Shown here piece by piece: positions 25,520 through 36,415 of a DNA stretch of 64,000 nucleotides; the stretch's first letter is position 1, and each line of letters starts with the position of its first letter. Source of the DNA: Amphiura filiformis (lineage: Eukaryota); the NCBI RefSeq assembly GCF_039555335.1, contig NC_092630.1, positions 31,148,769 to 31,212,768 of the forward strand, in the 5' to 3' direction. The notes below the pieces were generated by a model, which searched no databases, was not told the origin of the DNA, and was given only the letters and a program-made list of their open reading frames with translations. The position numbers and the translations under genes are program-made.

Positions 25520-26010
25520 TTATGATAAACAATCTAAAGTCGTATCTTTTCGATGCAGTTGCAGTGATGCAGTTTTGCCAACATTTAATATGTCGCAAAT
25601 GTTTCAGATGAATAAGAAAATCATGAGTGTTTGATAGATGAGGATAAATTCTGCATCAATTCGGATTCTGAAATGGATTGATGGCGCAGATAATGATAAA
25701 ATGGACCCGGAAGTGACTGTATGAAACGCCGATGTTCAGTCTTCCGAATTTGATAAAGTAATGCTGTAAACAATCTAAAGTCGTATCTTTTCGAAAGATG
25801 ATTGCAGTTTTGCCAATATTATGTCGCAAATGTTTCAGATGAATAAGAAAATCACGAGTGTTTGATAGATGAGGATAAATTCTGCATCAATTTGGATTCT
25901 GAAATGGATTGATGGCGCAGATAGTGATAAAATGGACCCGGAAGTGACTGTATAAAGCGGCGATAGCGCCGATGTTCAGTCTTCGAATTTGATAAAGTAA
26001 TGCTGTAAGC
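25520..26010. repeat. Tandem duplication of a ~245-bp unit (2 copies).
   Basis: The units 25520-25760 and 25761-26010 are about 90% identical (acaatctaaagtcgtatcttttcga..gatgaataagaaaatca.gagtgtttgatagatgaggataaattctgcatcaat..). Confidence 0.8.
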
Positions 26011-26599
26011 TTTGGTCACAAACACTGCATAAGGGTGGGGGTTCAATTTTTGATAAAAAGTGGGGAAATATAAATGGAGGGGTTTGACCCCTGACAAGCG
26101 CTCGAAATTTGTAGCTGCTACAACTGATCATCACTATTTAATTCACTAGAATCTGTTTGTTTGTCTGTGTCTGCCTCTTCTCTAGAGACTAGTGTAGTAG
26201 TAGCTCGTTCACGTAGTGATTCCGTTGTCCCACTGGCCTACAAAACTTAGATTGCATGGCGATCGGAGTGTTATCATCAGAGCACTAGCATAGTAGGGGA
26301 AGCATGTTCCTCAAACTTGGTGGGTGGATGCATCTTTAGTACAACAAGTCACACATACAATATTTTCTCAATTCGAATTTTATCCTTTCTGGGTATGACT
26401 GATTTTGTTACCGTAAAATTTGTGTCAATTCGATATCACATAATAGTACCGTACACTATAAATGCACCACATTTTGTAGGCTCCAATTGCTGATTACATA
26501 AATGAGAACAACTGGTAACCAGCGGCACTGTGCAGTACCGGTCTGTTATTCAATTGCGTTGTGTGTGGGATATGTGTATTTTATGTGTAAAATGCCTAT

Positions 26600-27830
26600 G
26601 CGGCGCGGTGATCCACCCAAAAAAACAAAATCATCGTATAGATCCCTGGTACTAGGTGCATCTTGACCCCAGCATAAGTTTGTATTGGTTAGTGGGTCAA
26701 GGTCACCTGAGGTCATCCAGGGGTCATCTGAGGTCAAATTTGCAAAAACTGTTGTAGGGGCATGAAACCGTGGGTACAGTCAACATTTGGAGTCAAATTT
26801 CGGGAAGGTCATCCGGGGTCACCCAGGGGTCATCTGAGGTCAAATTACTAAAAACTCGTATGGGCATGAAACTTGGTGGGTACAGTCAACATTTAAAGTC
26901 AAATTTTGGGAAGATACTAAAAATTGTCGTATGGGCATGAAACTAGGTGGGTACAGTCAACATTTGGAGTCAAATTTTGGGAAGGTCATTTTGAGGTCAT
27001 CCGGGGTCACCTGAGGTCAAATTACTAAAACTGTCGTATGGACATGAAACTTGGTGGGTACAGTCAACATTTGGAATCAACATTTTGGGAAGGTCATTTT
27101 GGGGTCACCCAGGGGTCATCTGAGGTCATATTACTAAAAACTGTTGTATGAACATGAAACTGGATACAGTCAACATTTGGAGCCAAATTTTGTGGGGTCG
27201 CATGTTCCTCGAACTTGGTGGGTGCATCTTGACCCCAGGCAGAACAAGTTTGTATTGGTTAGTGGGTCAAGGTCACCTGAGGTCATCCAGGGTCATCTGA
27301 GGTCAAATTAGCAAAAACTGTCATATGGGCATGAAACTTGGTGGGTACAGTCAACATTTGGAGTCAAATTTTTGGAAGGTCATTTCAGGGTCAACCGGTG
27401 TCACCCAGGGGTCATCTGAGGTAAAATTGCTAAAAATGTTGTATGGGCATTGGTGGGCACGGCCAACATTTGGAGCCTAATTTTGTAGGGTCGCACAGAA
27501 CAAGTTTGTATTGGATAGTGGGTCACGGTCAACAGAGGTCATCCAGGGGTCATCTGAAGTCAAATTAGCAAAAACTGTCGTATGGGCATGAAACTTGGTG
27601 GGTACAGTCAACATTTAGAACCAAATTTTTGGAAGCTCATTTCGAGTCAGCCAGGGGTCACCTGAGGTCAAATTACTAAAACTGTCGTATGGGCATGAAA
27701 CTTGGTGGGTACAGTCAACATTTGAAGTCAAATTTTTAGAAGGTCATTTCGGGGTCATCTGAGGTCACCATTTAGAGCAAAATTTTTGGGAGGTCATTTC
27801 GGGTCGACTGAGGTCAATTTAGATGAATTC
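26600..27830. repeat. Satellite-like tandem array of about 9-10 copies of a ~125-bp unit (..ggtcatctgaggtcaaattactaaaaactgtcgtatgggcatgaaacttggtgggtacagtcaacatttggagtcaaattttgggaaggtcatt..).
   Basis: Repeated units with internal ggtca-rich sub-motifs. Flanking gggaagcatgttcctcaaacttggtgggtg segments at 26280 and 27190 suggest a higher-order unit. Confidence 0.8.
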
Positions 27831-28766
27831 TAATAGTTGCCAAGGCTTTCTATAGTTGTTGAAAGCTTCAAATACTAAAAAAGGGATTTTAAAATTTTGC
27901 AGAACAAATTATTCTTGCTGGTTCAGTAGTAATTTGCACAATAATGAATTATTTTCAGATTTTGCAACTAATAGTAATGCGGCAAAAAATAATAATGCGG
28001 AGGAGGAAGATTGACCACCGCATCGAGTTTCAAGGACCGTATTGAATATTTGTGGGGAATTTTTTCAAACTGAAGGTTTAAAAAATTGACCGACCTACCA
28101 ACTTGTTGCGCATTCGACTCCAAGAACAATTGCTTTCCCACAAAAAAAAGCGTAGAGCCACAGCGCCATTGGTGCTCTTGTTAAAAGTTAGTCCTTGCAC
28201 GTACGAGTGCGACGTCAAGTATGTGCATACAAACTTGTGCAAAATAATACCAGCTCGGCGGTAAGTAGTATGTTTTTAAGCATACAAATTAAAATTTTAC
28301 AAATTAAAATTTGTAAATGGAATAAGGCAAATCATTATAGTAGTGGTCATTGTTATAGGCACAGGGTGTATGTTACTTTTGCAGATGTCTTAAACTGCTT
28401 ATTTTGTGGTATGGGTGTGCAAATAATTCCTGTAACTGATCATGTACTTTATGTCTTTATATTATGTTTAAATGATCACTGACTAGAACTTCCAATCAGC
28501 AAACACAAAATATTTTACGGAAAACATTCAAATGTCAGGTTATATAAAGGGTGTGAAACATTTTAATAACATTCAAAAACAATTTGAAAACTTGTTACAA
28601 AACATGCTGACATAATTTTGTTTTGGTATGGCCTATAGCCATTTATATAACCCAAAATGTCTATGTTATAAAAACATTTCGAACAAAACTAAAACATGTT
28701 TCGAACACATTTGTTTAAAAAATATTTTTGTGTTTGCTGTACAATCACCATTTCAAAGTGACTTAC

Positions 28767-28846
28767 CTCCAGAATGTCTGTGATGTAATCAGGACCAAGC
28801 ATCAAGCAGATGGTCTGTAAGGCACGCTCTACTTTGGGCTTACCAG
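28767..28846 (-). CDS. MVP: MVP exon 17. Translates GKPKVERALQTICLMLGPDYITDILE.
   Basis: Aligns to [28 protein letters not shown]; acceptor tctcacag|, donor GAG|gtaagt; phase joins exon 16 (G+CT=Ala). Confidence 0.9.
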
Positions 28847-29407
28847 CTGTGAGATTTAACCAAATATATCATATTAGTATTAATATTAGCAGAGAAGATG
28901 AGCCTTCTCTGATATTAGCAAGTGATATATATTTTTGAATGTACATGTTTATCATGCTGATATTAGATTATTTTGACAAATTTAGCTACAGGTTGTGTAG
29001 CTTGAAAACCCCAATAATAAATAAACAAATGCCTTTTTTATTCATATTTGAATTTTCAGATATTTGGTATAAAATTTGCAAGATGTTTTGCCTGTGTGTG
29101 ATTTGTACCGCATAGCTCTGATATATTAAAAAAATGTGCCTGATAAACCTGAAAGATCATTCTTTGAGCAAGTTCATCTGGATTGTGAAAAATGATGGAG
29201 TGACAAAATGATAAATCATTGTTTACCATTGTATTTTGCATGGTAATTTTTTCAGTTTTTAATATTGCATGTGTAAAATATTTTTAAAAACATAACAAAA
29301 ATGACAGACCTACCCCGCCTTTGGATACCTTTAAAGGCAATACAATCTTTTCTTTTTTTAAGCCTCATGTATAACATGCAGGTTACATGTCAAATAATTT
29401 TTCTTAC

Positions 29408-29504
29408 CACTAAGACTTAGAATATTGAAGTCTTCATGAGGTCCTAATATAACCATGTCTGGTCCAAACACCACACGTGCTGTCTTCTCTGCATATTTGT
29501 ATAC
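29408..29504 (-). CDS. MVP: MVP exon 16. Translates [32 protein letters not shown](A).
   Basis: Aligns to [33 protein letters not shown]; donor G|gtaaga, acceptor attaag|. Confidence 0.85.
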
Positions 29505-29558
29505 CTTAATAACAAAAAGAATTGTAATGTTTTATGGCATGTTGTGAAATGGCATTAC

Positions 29559-29617
29559 ATTTTTATTTACTGGGATTTCCCTCAAATGGTTTGAAACATT
29601 ACCACATTTGAAAGGGA
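29559..29617 (-). CDS. MVP: MVP exon 15, core only. Translates ..PFKCGNVSNHLREIPVNKN. The 5' boundary is ambiguous between acceptor ttgtag| at 29617 and gatcag| at 29654.
   Basis: Aligns to PRNKTRVVSYRVPHNAAVQ; donor AAT|gtaatg then joins exon 16 VYKY. The phase to exon 14 fits only with the 29654 acceptor or with the alternative exon 14 donor. Confidence 0.5.
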
Positions 29618-31084
29618 CTACAAATAGTGTTGTTAACATAAGAACAAAGTATTCCTGATCAAATATCACAATATTCATACAGCTGTGTATTGAAAGTAAT
29701 TTCATTTTAAACTCTGAAAACGGTCAGATATTGAAAAGCAATAAATGTGCAAGCATTTTATTTTTTTTCACAAAACTTCAGAGCCAGGAAGGTTAATACA
29801 AACTGATGTGAAGCCAATGACAACATAAAGTAACCTCAATAATCATTCAATTAATAATAATAATAAACACGTTTTTAGGGCGCATATAATACCACAAGGA
29901 AACTCAATGCGCTAACAGAAAAGTTAAAAGCAGCAAAAAAATATACAAATGCTACGAAACGTTATTTCAAACACATTAAAAATCTTAAGGTACATGACAA
30001 AATATCATATACACATTATACATCTTAAGGTACAACTCAGGAAAAAGCAAAATGGCAAAACCAAAAAATGTATGCATGATGCACATAGCAAAGACCTGGC
30101 AATAATCAGACAATATTATTTTGCAAACAGAAACTTGAACTGCAGGAGAGTGTTAGCCGAACCAACGCTAGCTGGAAGAGCATTCTAAAGTTTTGGAGCT
30201 GTGGCAGAAAAGGATCTTTGACCATAAGAACTAGTCTTTACACTGCGTGGTGGATCAAGGAGGTCTAATGAAGAAGACCGTAAAATTCTGCGCGGCACAT
30301 CTTTGGTTATGAGATTCGCGAGATACACTGGAGCTGTTCCATGAAAGCACTTGTGTCAGAAGCAGCTTGAATTCAATGCGTTTGGCGACGGGCAGCCAAT
30401 GAAGCTCATTCAGGATGGCTTGTACTCACATCAAATATTACACTCTTGTTTCTTACCTGCACTGCAGTGTTATGTGGACATCTGTATCTCACTACACGGG
30501 TCTTGTCTCTGGGCTGTGCAAAGTAAGAACAATCAAATCAGGCAAACAGTCTGTCATATAGGCACAAAATGAAGTCTACAAACCCTACATTAAACAATAC
30601 ATCCCTAGGTGGTACATTGGTCAGGTGAACAACCTTGTTCCAAACAATGAAAGGCGCAAGACCAGATGAGGTCCGTGAATATGCAAATCACAAAGTGACT
30701 CCAGAGATCTTTAATAGGGTCTAAAATTCAGTTTGCGAGTCTCGGATAAGGTTTCCGCAATTGTCTTATGTATTTTTCTTTAAAAATGTTTATAAGGAAT
30801 GAGGAATAATTATTTGAAATATGTATGAAGTGATTGTAGTATTTGTTTTCCCACTTGCATATCATAGATGTCCACCGTGGGCTTGTGCCATTGGCGCATT
30901 TATGTGCTGTGACCAAGGAGTGGCATTTGTCTGTAGGTGCATTTATGCTGCACATTAATGTGCAATGAGTGAAGGAAGAGTTAAATAGCTGATTTGGCGC
31001 AATTTTCTGGAAAAAAAAAGGTCTTCAAAAAATATGATGTACACATACACTCCTGGGCATTCTTTTAGTAACTGTTGTAGCAGT

Positions 31085-31160
31085 CAAGTTAGCTCAATCG
31101 ATAAGGTGTTTGACTATGGTGCGAGAGGTTGCGGGTTCAAACCCTGGCGGTGCCTAGTAC
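31085..31160 (+). ncRNA. Second copy of the tRNA-derived SINE head. It lies in the MVP intron between exons 14 and 15.
   Basis: gcagtcaagttagctcaatcgataaggtgtttgactatggtgcgagaggttgcgggttcaaaccctggcg. Confidence 0.55.
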
Positions 31161-31512
31161 GCTCTCGTGGAAAAATTGAGTTAGCTTGAAATTCCCCTGG
31201 ACAAGGAACTAATTTGTCTCGTTGTAACCCGTACGAAACTCGGGGAGCTGATCCTGGTTGCGAAGGTTATTTGTGGATTGTCTAGGGTGTGCGCTCTTGA
31301 AGCAGCAAAGTCCCTGATTTGTTGTTTAATGGTTTATGAAATGATGTGGGGCCGTAGTGGTCAGCGACAACCTGTAAAGTGTGCTGAGGCTTGTGGATCA
31401 ACGTCAGGCATTGTGCCTGTGCGTGAGAGCACTATAAATCACTGCGCTTTTTTTTTTTTTTGTTGACCAATTGATTGGTCATGACATTACATGTAATCTC
31501 ATCTATATTTAC

Positions 31513-31597
31513 CTTTGTTCCTGAGTATTCAGGATCAATGGAGGATTCAAAATAGGCTAGCTTCCTGATGTCACCCTTGCCTATGCCACCACCATTC
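31513..31597 (-). CDS. MVP: MVP exon 14. Translates (K)NGGGIGKGDIRKLAYFESSIDPEYSGTK. An alternative downstream donor at 31491 is possible.
   Basis: Equal-length alignment to [29 protein letters not shown]; acceptor tatacag| matches exon 13 phase; donor AAG|gtaaat. A second donor ACAT|gtaatg lies 22 nt further on. Confidence 0.6.
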
Positions 31598-32039
31598 CTG
31601 TATAAAACATGCAAGCATTGGTTAACAATAATAACATACAAAATCAAGCATTGGTAGAAAAGTTAACATTAAAAAAGTTTTATTTGCTCACAATATTTGA
31701 TATTCTAGCCTACATCATCAGAGGGCTTCATATAGATCTTAATTTATTTCCATGCTAAAATAATATATCCATAAACAAACCATACAAAGCATAGATATAT
31801 TTTTAATTTAATAAGTTATTTTTAATTCAATGAGTTAATTGCATGAGATTAATTTGACATGGAGGAGCCATCCAAAAGGCCAAAGGAGGCCACAGGTGGA
31901 CTCCTTCCATCTTATATTACATTGCAAACATATAAGACAAAAGAAATCATCAGGTTTCCACTTTTGATGAAAGCTGTCAACCAGTAAAATCACTCTATTC
32001 ATCATCTATTGGATGCAGCTAGAGAAGGAACCAGTATAG

Positions 32040-33200
32040 CAGATCCCCAATCTCTCTTCCAAGTACCTTGTACCTTGTACCTTGTACCTTGTAGATATCA
32101 CTCCCGAAGAGTCCACCAGGGACTATACTGGAAGTTGACGAGAGTGGTCCGGTGGTCTAACGGGGGCTGTGAAGTTGGTGGTCTTGGTCTTGGATGGAAG
32201 TCTTGAAGGTGGCGTGAGGTGGGCATGTCAACTGAAGATTGAGGAAGGCGTTCCAAAGGGAAATGGCTTCGGGGAAAAAAGACTGGATGGAGGGTGTGGA
32301 GGTGTGGTGTTGCACTTGAATTGCTTGTCGTGGCTTCGTCTGGATCTGGAGGCTTTCTTCTTGGTGTATAAGTCGGCGCCGAGGTCGATGTCCTGGTTGA
32401 TGATTTTATGAAGGGTAGTTAGTCGGAGCGTCTGGCGTCTGGTTTCGATGAGGTCCCATTTAAGGTCGGTGAGCATTTTTGTGACACTTGATTTTTCGCC
32501 TAAAGTCGCTGCACACAAAGCGAGCTGCTCTTCGTTGGACTTTCTGAAGAATTTGTTTATTTTCTTCGTACCAGGGTTCCAAGCAGCGGAAGCATACTCC
32601 AAGTGTGGTTGAACAATGGTTTGGTACAGGTTTTCTTTAACAGTTTTGGAACAATGATGAAAGTTTCTCTGAACAAAGTTTTCTTCCAGGGTTTCACCCA
32701 TCATAGAATACTTCGCAGAACCTGGTTGTCTTTTCCTGGACACCCTCATTACTTTGCATTTGGATGCGTTAAATCTCATGCCCCAGTCTTTGGACCAATT
32801 AACAAGACGTGTGAGGTCGGACTGAAGAGAACTTTCGTCTGCTTGCGAATTTATGGCTTTATATATAATGCAGTCGTCTGCAAACAGTCTTGTAGTCGAT
32901 TCAACAGCATCGGCGATGTCATTTATAAACAAAATGAAAAGGTGCGGGCCCAACACTGTGCCTTGGGGCACACCGCTCAGGACTGGTTTCCAGGCTGAAG
33001 TACAACCGTTGACCCTTACCCTCTGGAGACGGTCGGTGAGAAAAGCTTCAATCCACCGGGAAGTTTTATTCCTAATACCATAAAACTTAAGCTTCTGCAG
33101 TAAGCGCTGGTGGGGCACGACATCAAACGCCTTACTGAAGTCTAAGATGGCGATGTCAGTCGTCTGATTATTATTATGGTTTGTAGTCAGGTCATGAAGA
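32040..33200 (-). mobile_element. CR1/L2-like non-LTR retrotransposon fragment (RT plus 3' UTR), ending in a (CCTTGTA)n microsatellite at 32055-32098. It lies in the MVP intron between exons 13 and 14.
   Basis: RT ORF plus a short tandem-repeat 3' tail typical of the CR1 clade. The 5' end is abruptly truncated near 33200. Confidence 0.75.
32228..33118 (-). CDS. Reverse-transcriptase ORF (296 aa) of a 5'-truncated CR1/L2-like non-LTR retrotransposon. RT similarity continues upstream to about 33200 (..LDFSKAFDVVPHQRLL).
   Basis: ORF contains SGVPQGTVLGPHLFILFINDI .. LFADDCIIYK .. (RT domains 4-6, FADD catalytic motif). Upstream out-of-ORF translation reads RKKLIATLHDLTTNHNNNQTTDIAILDFSKAFDVVPH. 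Confidence 0.85.
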   Translation of the reverse strand: MPHQRLLQKLKFYGIRNKTSRWIEAFLTDRLQRVRVNGCTSAWKPVLSGVPQGTVLGPHLFILFINDIADAVESTTRLFADDCIIYKAINSQADESSLQSDLTRLVNWSKDWGMRFNASKCKVMRVSRKRQPGSAKYSMMGETLEENFVQRNFHHCSKTVKENLYQTIVQPHLEYASAAWNPGTKKINKFFRKSNEEQLALCAATLGEKSSVTKMLTDLKWDLIETRRQTLRLTTLHKIINQDIDLGADLYTKKKASRSRRSHDKQFKCNTTPPHPPSSLFSPKPFPFGTPSSIFS

Positions 33201-33503
33201 GTTGCGATGAGTTTTTTACGTTAGTTAAGTCTTTACAATAAACTGATTTACACAAAATCTACATTCAAATAATACCCACAAGCTGAATAAGATTATGTAT
33301 CCCTGCACAAGTTAGCTGCAATAAGCTCTGAATTCATCAGAATCCTGTCAGTATCACGCAAACAATCTAACAACAGGTATGTCTCTGACCCGAATTGCAT
33401 GAAGCACAGGTCAGTGTGTATGGAAACTGTACTGAATTTTGTGAGTTACTTCCGAGTTCACTCATATCACCAGGTAGTGACAGAAAGTAATAATTCTACT
33501 TAC

Positions 33504-33598
33504 TTGAGTATAGCTTCAACATCTGGCGGTAATTCTTTCTTCCACAGCTGTTCATTTTCATTGAGCAGATATGATTGAGGACCCATCTCTGCACGGAT
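33504..33598 (-). CDS. MVP: MVP exon 13. Translates IRAEMGPQSYLLNENEQLWKKELPPDVEAIL(K).
   Basis: Aligns to [32 protein letters not shown]; strong acceptor ttttctttcacag|, donor CAA|gtaagt. Confidence 0.9.
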
Positions 33599-33635
33599 CT
33601 GTGAAAGAAAACAGACAAAATGCATTTAGTTACCA

Positions 33636-33878
33636 AATACCGTAAAACCTCGTCTACAAGCATATAGTGTGTTTTTGATGAAAGCTAAATTGAAATGAGA
33701 CAGCCGTAAATATGCCAATACAATAGATTGGTCTTACAATAGTACTTGTTTGTATATGTTTGTATCGGTAATTAATTTGCTCAAACTCAATAATATTATA
33801 ATTTAGTTGATGGATGGCGTGTGAATTAATTTAGCTTTCATCAAAAGCACTCTATATGCTTATAGACGAGGTTTTACG
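33636..33878. mobile_element. MITE with TIR TACCGTAAAACC(T/C)CGTCTA(C/T)AAGCATATAGTG. A second copy lies at 41338-41560. This copy starts 38 bp from the acceptor of MVP exon 13.
   Basis: taccgtaaaacctcgtctacaagcatatagtgtg .. cactctatatgcttatagacgaggttttacggta. Confidence 0.7.
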
Positions 33879-34279
33879 GTATCAGTTTGAATCAAATATC
33901 TACTATTTTGTAAACGGGTGCAGTTTGTGATCCAGAGTTTCCTTTGAATCTTTCTGTTTGATTTAACCACAATATTACAGTACAGCACAGCAACAAATAT
34001 AAATTGAACAAAATTTGCTTCTCGACTTTTCCATCCATGCTTTTCATATTCTTTGCAAATATACATCACTGATGTTTTGTAACAACAGAATGAACAGATA
34101 TCTGACCTAGTAGTAGCTACTTCTGGCTTCCACCTGCCCTAAAATCATTCTTGGAAGTCATAGGCCAAACTTGTATTTTATATGCATACAGTAAATGTAT
34201 AGGGCAACAGATAATTCGACCTGAAACAGATTCCACAGATACACATTACTGGCTAGACTCTATTCAGACAGCTACTAAC

Positions 34280-34340
34280 CTCTCCTGATTGCATATCTCT
34301 GACGTATATACCTTCATTGATCCCCAATGCAATGGCTTTC
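34280..34340 (-). CDS. MVP: MVP exon 12. Translates (R)KAIALGINEGIYVRDMQSGE.
   Basis: Aligns to [21 protein letters not shown]; acceptor cccttatag|, donor GAG|gttagt. Confidence 0.85.
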
Positions 34341-34635
34341 CTATAAGGGTCAAAACAATTGGAAATTACACAATAGTATTCATTTTTTGTTAGTATTTCA
34401 AACACAACAAGCAAGTGCAGACAGACATAAATGTTCAATCTTAAACAAAAATGGCTATAAAGAAACAATGAGTGTTAGAATCTGACAATTTCATACACTT
34501 TGGTTAAACGGTTACTTTATAATCACCAGCTTTGGTTCATCTCAAGTTGGGCAGTGACAACAATTTTTTTTGCTGTTGTGCCACAAGTTTGAGGACAAAC
34601 GCCCTTGCAATGCATGCATGTGTGCTCTGCGCTAT

Positions 34636-35040
34636 TAACTTAAAGGGGCATTTCGTGATCCACATCCTCATCCCCCCACTTTTCCCAAAAAAAAGTTGTG
34701 ATTTTTACACCACTGGATACCTCTGGCTAAATAATGTTTATGTACCAAATATTTCTTGCAGATTAATTCGTTTAGCAAAAATATCGCCAAATTTGAATTT
34801 CGTTCTGGTGCACCAGAACGAAATTACAACACATTGTCTATGGAGCAGTGTAATACACATAATCATGCATAACTCGCATAAGCATAAAATCGGAATCAAC
34901 TGAAATTTTGGAAATAAGCTTTTTTCGTGGATATCTACTGAAAATGTCATAAAAAGAGGATGCTAGGATCACGAAATCCTCCTTTAACACTTCCAAACTT
35001 GAGGTGAGATCACGAAATCCTCCTTTAACACTTCCAAACT
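34636..35040. mobile_element. Second copy of the TTAA-flanked MITE. Its 3' terminal repeat is duplicated (34960-35040). It lies in the MVP intron between exons 11 and 12.
   Basis: ttaaaggggcatttcgtgatcc .. ggatcacgaaatcctcctttaa, with cacttccaaacttgaggtg repeated twice. Confidence 0.7.
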
Positions 35041-35384
35041 TGAGGTGAAAAGTCCAGTTTTGGTTGAAAGACAAATGAAATCTTGAACAGCACATCTCAC
35101 ACTGATCAGAGTCAGGCCCACAACACTCCATACCGATTTGGAGTAACCTCAGCCACAGCCACACCCTGTAATGATTGGACACTCTCTTCCAAATGATTTT
35201 GCTGATATCACCATCGCTCGAGCTGGCTTTTTTAGACTTAGCCGAGCCATGCAGCTGTCAATCACCATGCACAACTACAAATCCAGAGTTGGAATTATTG
35301 GTTATAAATATCAGTTATAAAAATATAAAAGCAAATCTAAATCTACCACACATTTTGTTTCTAAAAGGTTATTAACCCTATACG

Positions 35385-35560
35385 CCCCAGTTGGTTTTTG
35401 GCGAGGGGGAAGGAAAGGAGGAAAGAAAGAAAGAACAGGAGAAAACTTTTTTTCTCGGGTGCGGTTTTGAACCCCAGACCCTTCGGGTGCCACGCCCATG
35501 CACTGGCCTCCCTTGCCACGGGGGAGTAGCTTGCCCGGCCAAGCTTTCCATCGCCATATG
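35385..35560 (-). mobile_element. Probable SINE: a tRNA-related head (..gggtctggggttcaaaaccgcacccg..) followed by a CTTT/GAAA-rich tail.
   Basis: Minus strand reads ggccgggcaagctactcccccgtggcaagggaggccagtgcatgggcgtggcacccgaagggtctggggttcaaaaccgcacccgag, then (aaag)n-like low complexity. It has a box-B-like GGTTCAAAACC. Confidence 0.4.
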
Positions 35561-35924
35561 ACTGTGCGCATGATGATGCAATAACATCATGTGGGATACC
35601 TGCTTGTGCTTACGCTTTCTGAATTGAGGTTTTTTGATGTTTGGTACGATTAGGGTTAAACAACCTATGAAAGAGATACATACTTTATAGAGCTTCCAGA
35701 AATTATGGGAAAAGACAGTTTTATTGCATCAGTGTCTACTTAATTCACCTTTTTTCAGCGTATCTGAGCTGTATTTGAGGTCCAGCTTATTACTTATTCA
35801 AGATCACCTGTTGTATATGAAAGACAGGCTGGTAGTCATGTGACACAGTCCACAGTATTGCAGTAGGAGTGTCGCGTGTCGTCTCTCATAATTTAGTACT
35901 ATCAGGTTGAGTCCACATTGACTT

Positions 35925-36100
35925 ACCGGCATAACTACAGAATACCCACCTCACCTCCCAACACAGCATTAGGGTTAGGGTTAGGCTTAGGATTAGGGTT
36001 AGGAGGGTTAGGATTAGGATTAGGGTTAGGGTTAGGGTTAGGGTTAGGGTTAGGGTTAGGGTTAGGCACCCTGAGCGGGGTATTCTGTAGTTACTCCGAC
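35925..36100. repeat. Interstitial telomeric repeat (TTAGGG)n (about 18 units with variants) at 35955-36065, bounded by 22-bp inverted repeats (cggcataactacagaataccc / gggtattctgtagttactccg).
   Basis: The array reads ttagggttagggttaggcttaggattagggttagg..(ttaggg)x8. The flanks are reverse complements of each other. The right flank ends 5 bp from the MVP exon 11 donor (36105). Confidence 0.85.
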
Positions 36101-36104
36101 TTAC

Positions 36105-36213
36105 CTAACAAACACACCATTGCCTTGATCAATAACTTGCACCTGTATAGGAGGAATGTAGCTGACAGGCCCTTGAATCATCCATCTGTCACCTGGCTCC
36201 CGGTCTGGTTTGT
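36105..36213 (-). CDS. MVP: MVP exon 11. Translates (Y)KPDREPGDRWMIQGPVSYIPPIQVQVIDQGNGVFV(R).
   Basis: Aligns to [24 protein letters not shown]; acceptor ttttcattcag|, donor AG|gtaagt. Only this donor gives the phase needed by exon 12. Confidence 0.8.
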
Positions 36214-36415
36214 CTGAATGAAAAATGTCAAACCAAACAAACTTGAACAAACCTTTCTGTAAGACATTACATTGCTCTAAAAATAACACCGAATTGTCAG
36301 GGCCTCGGATTTTAGTTTTTGTTAACAGGATTTTATGTTATTCGGTCTTTATAATGTATATAATAATATGCTTGTGACTTCAAAAACATTTTGTGTTATC
36401 AGGAATTTTGTGTTA

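Noticed and set aside
35955-36065. (TTAGGG)n as a chromosome end
   Set aside because: The array is internal, with unique sequence and an MVP exon on both sides. It is an interstitial telomeric sequence, not a telomere.
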